The notes under the pieces: generated by a model
What the model saw: the letters and a program-made list of their open reading frames with translations, nothing else
The model's database searches: none
What the model was told of the DNA's origin: nothing
Shown: one piece after another, positions 5,072 to 9,144 of the stretch
How the letters are laid out: the number at the start of each line of letters is the position of its first letter
Position numbering within the stretch: position 1 is the stretch's first letter
DNA from: an archaeon
GTDB taxonomy: Archaea; Asgardarchaeota; Heimdallarchaeia; Heimdallarchaeales; Kariarchaeaceae
Length of the DNA: 9,144 nucleotides
NCBI GenBank assembly: GCA_024280435.1
Contig: JAJRQD010000040.1
Location: 1 to 9,144 of the forward strand
Reading direction: 5' to 3'
Position numbers and translations under genes: made by a program

Positions 5072-5422
5072 CTAGATAGATTTGTTTTTATTTTCCAGAT
5101 ATTTATCGATTAATTGTTTTATATGTGTAAGATTGATTGAGCTATCATTTTCTATGTATACAGAGCCATAGGTGATTTTATTCACTTGTTTTGATATTAT
5201 CTGAGTGATTGCAGTTGCAAATGCTTCGTTTTTTCCGGTAAAAATAACTATTCTGTCCAGCATTCCAGGATATGCAACCGAGTATGATCCCATTTTTATA
5301 TTGTTATCATATATTGATAGATGGATGGCATTTTCATACTCAGTAACAAACAGGTTCAATATCAATTCATCATGTATCTCAAGATCAAAATGTAGTGTGT
5401 TTGGGATTATCTTATCTTCCAT
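5072..5422 (-). CDS. hypothetical protein, 116 aa; family not recognised
   Basis: ORF track. ATG start with an AGGTGG SD. It overlaps the 3' end of the upstream 71-aa ORF by 16 nt, which suggests translational coupling. Composition matches the neighbouring genes. I cannot assign a family from the sequence. Confidence 0.6.
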   Translation of the reverse strand: MEDKIIPNTLHFDLEIHDELILNLFVTEYENAIHLSIYDNNIKMGSYSVAYPGMLDRIVIFTGKNEAFATAITQIISKQVNKITYGSVYIENDSSINLTHIKQLIDKYLENKNKSI

Positions 5423-5622
5423 ATAAAACCACCTTTTCCTATTTCTCGTGTAATCAATCCCTCTTCCAACAGCTTCATAGCAATTCTAATGATATTACTA
5501 CCAGATCTGCATCCTCTGCAAATATCGGGATATTTTCTTGCCTCTGTAAGTATGTCATGAGTGCTCATATAGTTGGCATTGTTCAGTATGCGAAGTATAC
5601 ACTCACGAGATCTATCATACAT
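5407..5622 (-). CDS. small winged-helix (wHTH) DNA-binding protein, 71 aa
   Basis: ORF track. It shows an ILRIL....MSTHDIL......(recognition-helix-like IIRIAMKLLEEGLI)..E...GGFIWKI pattern typical of minimal wHTH proteins. A CRGC pair is present. It starts 10 nt after the FAU-1 stop and overlaps the next ORF. Confidence 0.6.
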   Translation of the reverse strand: MYDRSRECILRILNNANYMSTHDILTEARKYPDICRGCRSGSNIIRIAMKLLEEGLITREIGKGGFIWKIR

Positions 5623-5631
5623 TTGAAAAAC

Positions 5632-7062
5632 CTATTTGAATATAATATACTCGTCGTTTTCCTGTAATCTATCAGATGCGAACCTGTATACCTCTCCAAG
5701 CTTCTCATTCATAGCATCAGAGATCATATTCTGATCAACCATATTCAATTCATTGTGATCTGTCAACAGATTGATCAGCTCGCCATTGGCATAGTATAGA
5801 TCCATACCCATATCGAATGCTCTTACTCTGCCTCTGTATATCATATCGAGTGGTGTGATAATCTTCACTCTCTGTCCAATCAACTCATTAGATATACCAG
5901 AATAGTATTTGTAATGTATGGTCCATGAACCGGGTACAAATATTACCTCCATTATATCCTGTACTGCAAGATCAAGATTAGATACCGCATCAACATCTGA
6001 TTGCGACATTGATTTTCTGGTGATGAAATATTCTTTGTTCTCAATTATATCACCAAGATTGTACTCTTCATTAATTCCATCTGCAAAATGGAACTCTGCT
6101 TTGATATGATTATTTATGGGATAATCCCGTTCCATTATCATCGCATTCAGTGTATTACTCATCTCATCAACAGTGATCTTATCAAGGAATTTCTTGGCAA
6201 AATCAAGTGTGAACCCAGTAGAATATGAATATGCTTTGAAATGATGATAATTTGGAATTGTTGTCTCTATATCAGCTCTTATCTCATCAAAGTATTTTTT
6301 ACTATCATATCCGAATATTATCTCTGATTGTACCTCTCCGGAGACCAGTCTTTTTGGCTCTCTCTCATCATCCAGTTCCTCATCTATATCTTTCCACAGA
6401 TTGGCCAACTGCTCTATCTCAAAGTTAAGAGATTCTTTATCTATATTGGTGGCACTTGTTCTGATTATTATTCCAAAGCCATCGGGTAGTAATTCTTTTC
6501 CAATATCATGTAATCTCTTTCTCTCTGCTCCTTTGATCTTTCTAGAGACTCTGACAAAGGATGAACCGATCTCAAGTATCACATAGTTTCCACTTAATGT
6601 CAATAATTCAGAACATACAGGTAATTTACCTTTCTCTGCGGTGAGCTCCTTAACCTGTACCAGTATCAACTGCCCCTGTTGTCCCTCAAAATTGAACAGA
6701 ATTGCCTGTCTCTCATTTCCAATATCCAGTATAGCAAGTTTCTTACGATAAATATGCTTGCTAACTCTTGCAAGATATATTGAATCCTGTTGAATCTCCT
6801 GTTTAAACAGTACACAGTCGGGTAATTCCTCTTGTAATGTATTCTCAATCATTTTCACAGCACTGGATATACCTTTTATCTGTATTCCAATACGCTTATC
6901 CAGATCACCGATATGCACATCATGAGGTTGTATATTTGCATCTGTATTCTGATTTAAATTGTGTGAGGAGAGAATTGAGAAGTTCCCTGTATCCTTTAGT
7001 ATTTTACCAAGAGCCAGATCATATATTGAATCGATCCTAACTCTGGCTAGTATTTCTGTCAT
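5632..7062 (-). CDS. fau-1: RNA-binding protein / probable ribonuclease FAU-1 (archaeal RNase E/G-like domain plus a C-terminal DUF402-like region), 476 aa
   Basis: ORF track. The length matches archaeal FAU-1 (about 470 aa). The central GFGIIIRTSA motif and the preceding S1-like segment resemble the RNase E/G catalytic core. CTTTAAAC on the minus strand (TTTAAA at 7088-7093) is centred about 28 nt upstream of the ATG, consistent with a leaderless mRNA. Confidence 0.7.
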   Translation of the reverse strand: MTEILARVRIDSIYDLALGKILKDTGNFSILSSHNLNQNTDANIQPHDVHIGDLDKRIGIQIKGISSAVKMIENTLQEELPDCVLFKQEIQQDSIYLARVSKHIYRKKLAILDIGNERQAILFNFEGQQGQLILVQVKELTAEKGKLPVCSELLTLSGNYVILEIGSSFVRVSRKIKGAERKRLHDIGKELLPDGFGIIIRTSATNIDKESLNFEIEQLANLWKDIDEELDDEREPKRLVSGEVQSEIIFGYDSKKYFDEIRADIETTIPNYHHFKAYSYSTGFTLDFAKKFLDKITVDEMSNTLNAMIMERDYPINNHIKAEFHFADGINEEYNLGDIIENKEYFITRKSMSQSDVDAVSNLDLAVQDIMEVIFVPGSWTIHYKYYSGISNELIGQRVKIITPLDMIYRGRVRAFDMGMDLYYANGELINLLTDHNELNMVDQNMISDAMNEKLGEVYRFASDRLQENDEYIIFK

Positions 7063-7087
7063 CTATAATTTGCAATTTCAGCAAGTG

Positions 7088-7093
7088 TTTAAA
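7088..7093 (-). promoter_or_regulatory. candidate TATA box for the FAU-1 / wHTH / 116-aa unit
   Basis: Minus strand reads TTTCTTTAAACAC, centred about 28 nt upstream of ATG 7062. Identified by spacing only. Confidence 0.3.
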
Positions 7094-7144
7094 GAAATTA
7101 TTAAAGTAATACTAGTGATTAAGTGTAGATATAAAAATAATTGA

Positions 7145-7702
7145 TCAATCTGGGTTCCATGGTTTGAGCAGGCTATGCTTTATTCCCAACAGGTTCAGTA
7201 CCTTCCCCACCACAAAATCAATGATATCTTCAATTGATTTTGGATTGTAATAAAACCCAGGTGATGCGGGTAATATTGATGCACCAGCTTCTTTTGCAAG
7301 TATCATATTCTTCAGATGTATCATATTGAGAGGTGTCTCTCGAAGCACTAGTATCAATCTCTGCTCCTCTTTCAATCTGCAATCTGCTGCTCTATGAATA
7401 AGGTTCTGAGATAGTCCATTTGCAATAGCTGCAAGTGTTTTCATAGAGCATGGAACTACCACCATACCATCAGATGGATGGGTACCCGATGCAATAGCAG
7501 CACCTATATTCTTGATATCATAGCTAACAGTTGCTTTGTTGAATATATGATCCACAGATTTTTTTACCTCGTATTCAATTACTTTCCTAGCACCATCTGA
7601 TACAACCAGATCTATCTCATGACCTAGTTCATACAGTACTTCTATTAATCTTAACCCATACTGTACACCACTGGCACCAGATATTGCAACTATTACTCTC
7701 AC
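7145..7702 (-). CDS. ubiX: flavin prenyltransferase UbiX (prenyl-FMN synthase), 185 aa
   Basis: ORF track. The N-terminal (M)RVIVAISGASG flavoprotein motif, the ...VVVPCSMKTLAAIANG... segment and the typical length support the call. The start codon is GTG. It is supported by AAAATAAAT on the minus strand (plus coordinates 7725-7733), centred about 27 nt upstream, which fits a leaderless mRNA. Confidence 0.85.
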   Translation of the reverse strand: MRVIVAISGASGVQYGLRLIEVLYELGHEIDLVVSDGARKVIEYEVKKSVDHIFNKATVSYDIKNIGAAIASGTHPSDGMVVVPCSMKTLAAIANGLSQNLIHRAADCRLKEEQRLILVLRETPLNMIHLKNMILAKEAGASILPASPGFYYNPKSIEDIIDFVVGKVLNLLGIKHSLLKPWNPD

Positions 7703-7887
7703 GTATTACAGATAATGATAGAACATTTATTTTCATCTATTGATGAGGCTGATTTTATCAACAATTTAAGTGAATACATTGAATTCAATAATATAATCAA
7801 TTGAATATGTATCACTAATTCATACGCTTATAATTGATATATGGATGATAAAATTGTATTACAATTAAAACCTATTGTGAGACAAGA

Positions 7888-9120
7888 TTAACAATATTCA
7901 TGCCCTGTATTCTTAAGTTTGGATAATAATCCAGGACCCGATCTGATTCCAAATGGATCATCAGAATGTAAAATTGAATTAACAGGTATACCATCACTCC
8001 ACAAGCCCATATCCCAGGCATTATCACCAAGAAAGTAAGTACTGGCTGTGTCATCTCCTGCAATAAATGCAGCCATTGCATCTATTCTCTTGTAATATCC
8101 ATATATAGATAATGGATCAATCAATGCATCTGCTGGAAGATAATGTGTTGCAACCAATCTTGGAAAACCATATCTATCAGATTGAATCAGTAAATACTCA
8201 ATATTATCATGATTGAGGTCGGATGAATTATCTCTTGAAATCATTCTCTCATACTGCCTCATCCCGATGCATTGACTTACTAGATGGTCCTCATCATAGC
8301 CTACAACATTTACCCAGGTATTATTTGGTAATATACTCATATCAACATCAAATCCCTCCCATTGCAATGTGATATAAGGTGCTTCCATATCAAGTACAAG
8401 TCTATTATCAGCCCATCCTTTTTTAATCATCTCAGTTGCAACCCAGGGAACCATGCCCCCTCCCATACTATGACCGAGTATAAGCATATTATCCAGATCC
8501 ACTGTATTGTTATTCATCAGAATATCAAGATTACTTATTCTACTGCTATTACCAACTACTGCCTCTAATGCCTGTAGTAATCCGGACATCAGCATTTTGT
8601 ATCTCACCATCATATATTGATCATGCGTATAGTTTGCATCAACCTCCAACTCCTTAGAGACAGTTATTTGTGTGGCATACTGCACATAGATTGCAATAGT
8701 ACCTCTTGATGCAAGAGTAGACATTGTTGTCTTGTAATCAGAATATGTACCTGCATAGCCATGCAGTAAAATTGATACCGGTAGCTGTTTGGATACCTCA
8801 GTTATCGGGATATATATCCGAGTATACCATGTATTATTAGCCATATCAACTTCAGGATGGATAATATCTGAGATATCAGATGGGATTGAATGTTCAATAC
8901 TGATAATATTGTATTCAAATGGTCTTGTACTTCCTCCATATCCAGTCTCTGGTTGTTCAGGTGGTTTTGGATAGAACCCCAGCATTGGAACAATATTTGG
9001 AACAATCAGACTGAATGCAATGACTAGTACTAGCATATATTTCAATGCCTTCAGTTTATTCTTATAACCCTTGATAATGGTCTTATTAGTAATGATCTCT
9101 CTATCATTAATTATCTGCAC
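7888..9120 (-). CDS. membrane-anchored or secreted alpha/beta-fold hydrolase (esterase/lipase-like), about 410 aa; start uncertain
   Basis: ORF track. A Lys-rich N-terminus is followed by one hydrophobic segment (MLVLVIAFSLIVPNIVPML), then a PKPPEQPE linker. LLHGYAG and the GHSMGGG nucleophile elbow are present. The track start is a GTG at 9120. The frame stays open to the window edge (9144), and an internal ATG lies at 9036, so the true start is unresolved. Confidence 0.7.
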   Translation of the reverse strand: MQIINDREIITNKTIIKGYKNKLKALKYMLVLVIAFSLIVPNIVPMLGFYPKPPEQPETGYGGSTRPFEYNIISIEHSIPSDISDIIHPEVDMANNTWYTRIYIPITEVSKQLPVSILLHGYAGTYSDYKTTMSTLASRGTIAIYVQYATQITVSKELEVDANYTHDQYMMVRYKMLMSGLLQALEAVVGNSSRISNLDILMNNNTVDLDNMLILGHSMGGGMVPWVATEMIKKGWADNRLVLDMEAPYITLQWEGFDVDMSILPNNTWVNVVGYDEDHLVSQCIGMRQYERMISRDNSSDLNHDNIEYLLIQSDRYGFPRLVATHYLPADALIDPLSIYGYYKRIDAMAAFIAGDDTASTYFLGDNAWDMGLWSDGIPVNSILHSDDPFGIRSGPGLLSKLKNTGHEYC

Positions 9121-9144
9121 TGAGATTACTATTAAAAAAATAAA

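Noticed and set aside
7750-7830. Imperfect palindromic stretch around ATTGAATTCAAT (about 7779-7790) in the spacer upstream of ubiX
   Set aside because: Only the 12-bp core is a perfect palindrome. The wider symmetry needs several indels, and such AT-rich palindromes are expected by chance in this composition. It is not repeated elsewhere in the window.

Overview
AT-rich archaeal chromosomal segment. The archaeal assignment rests on aIF2-alpha, Nop10, FAU-1, archaeal-type PPAT, a tRNA without encoded CCA, and TATA boxes about 27 nt upstream of leaderless start codons. I cannot assign a lineage from sequence alone. Nearly all protein genes are on the minus strand, in this order along the window: sua5 (partial), alpha/beta hydrolase, Zn-ribbon membrane protein, then tRNA-Ala(CGC) on the plus strand, PPAT, a roughly 900-nt non-coding island, nop10, aIF2-alpha, a 116-aa hypothetical, a 71-aa wHTH protein, FAU-1 RNase E/G-like, UbiX, and a membrane-anchored alpha/beta hydrolase. 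The non-coding island (3107-4003) is the interesting part. It holds a 5S rRNA gene whose two halves are in circularly permuted order: the 3' two-thirds come first, then a 5-nt cap, then the 5' third. The unit is bracketed by a 20-bp inverted repeat that continues inward as an imperfect stem ending exactly at the permutation break point. Downstream are a decayed second copy in the same permuted order and a 33/47-nt tandem array that starts inside the last codons of nop10. A near-identical 24-nt palindromic motif also occurs at two distant intergenic sites. All calls come from hand translation, hand folding and remembered consensus sequences; no searches were run.
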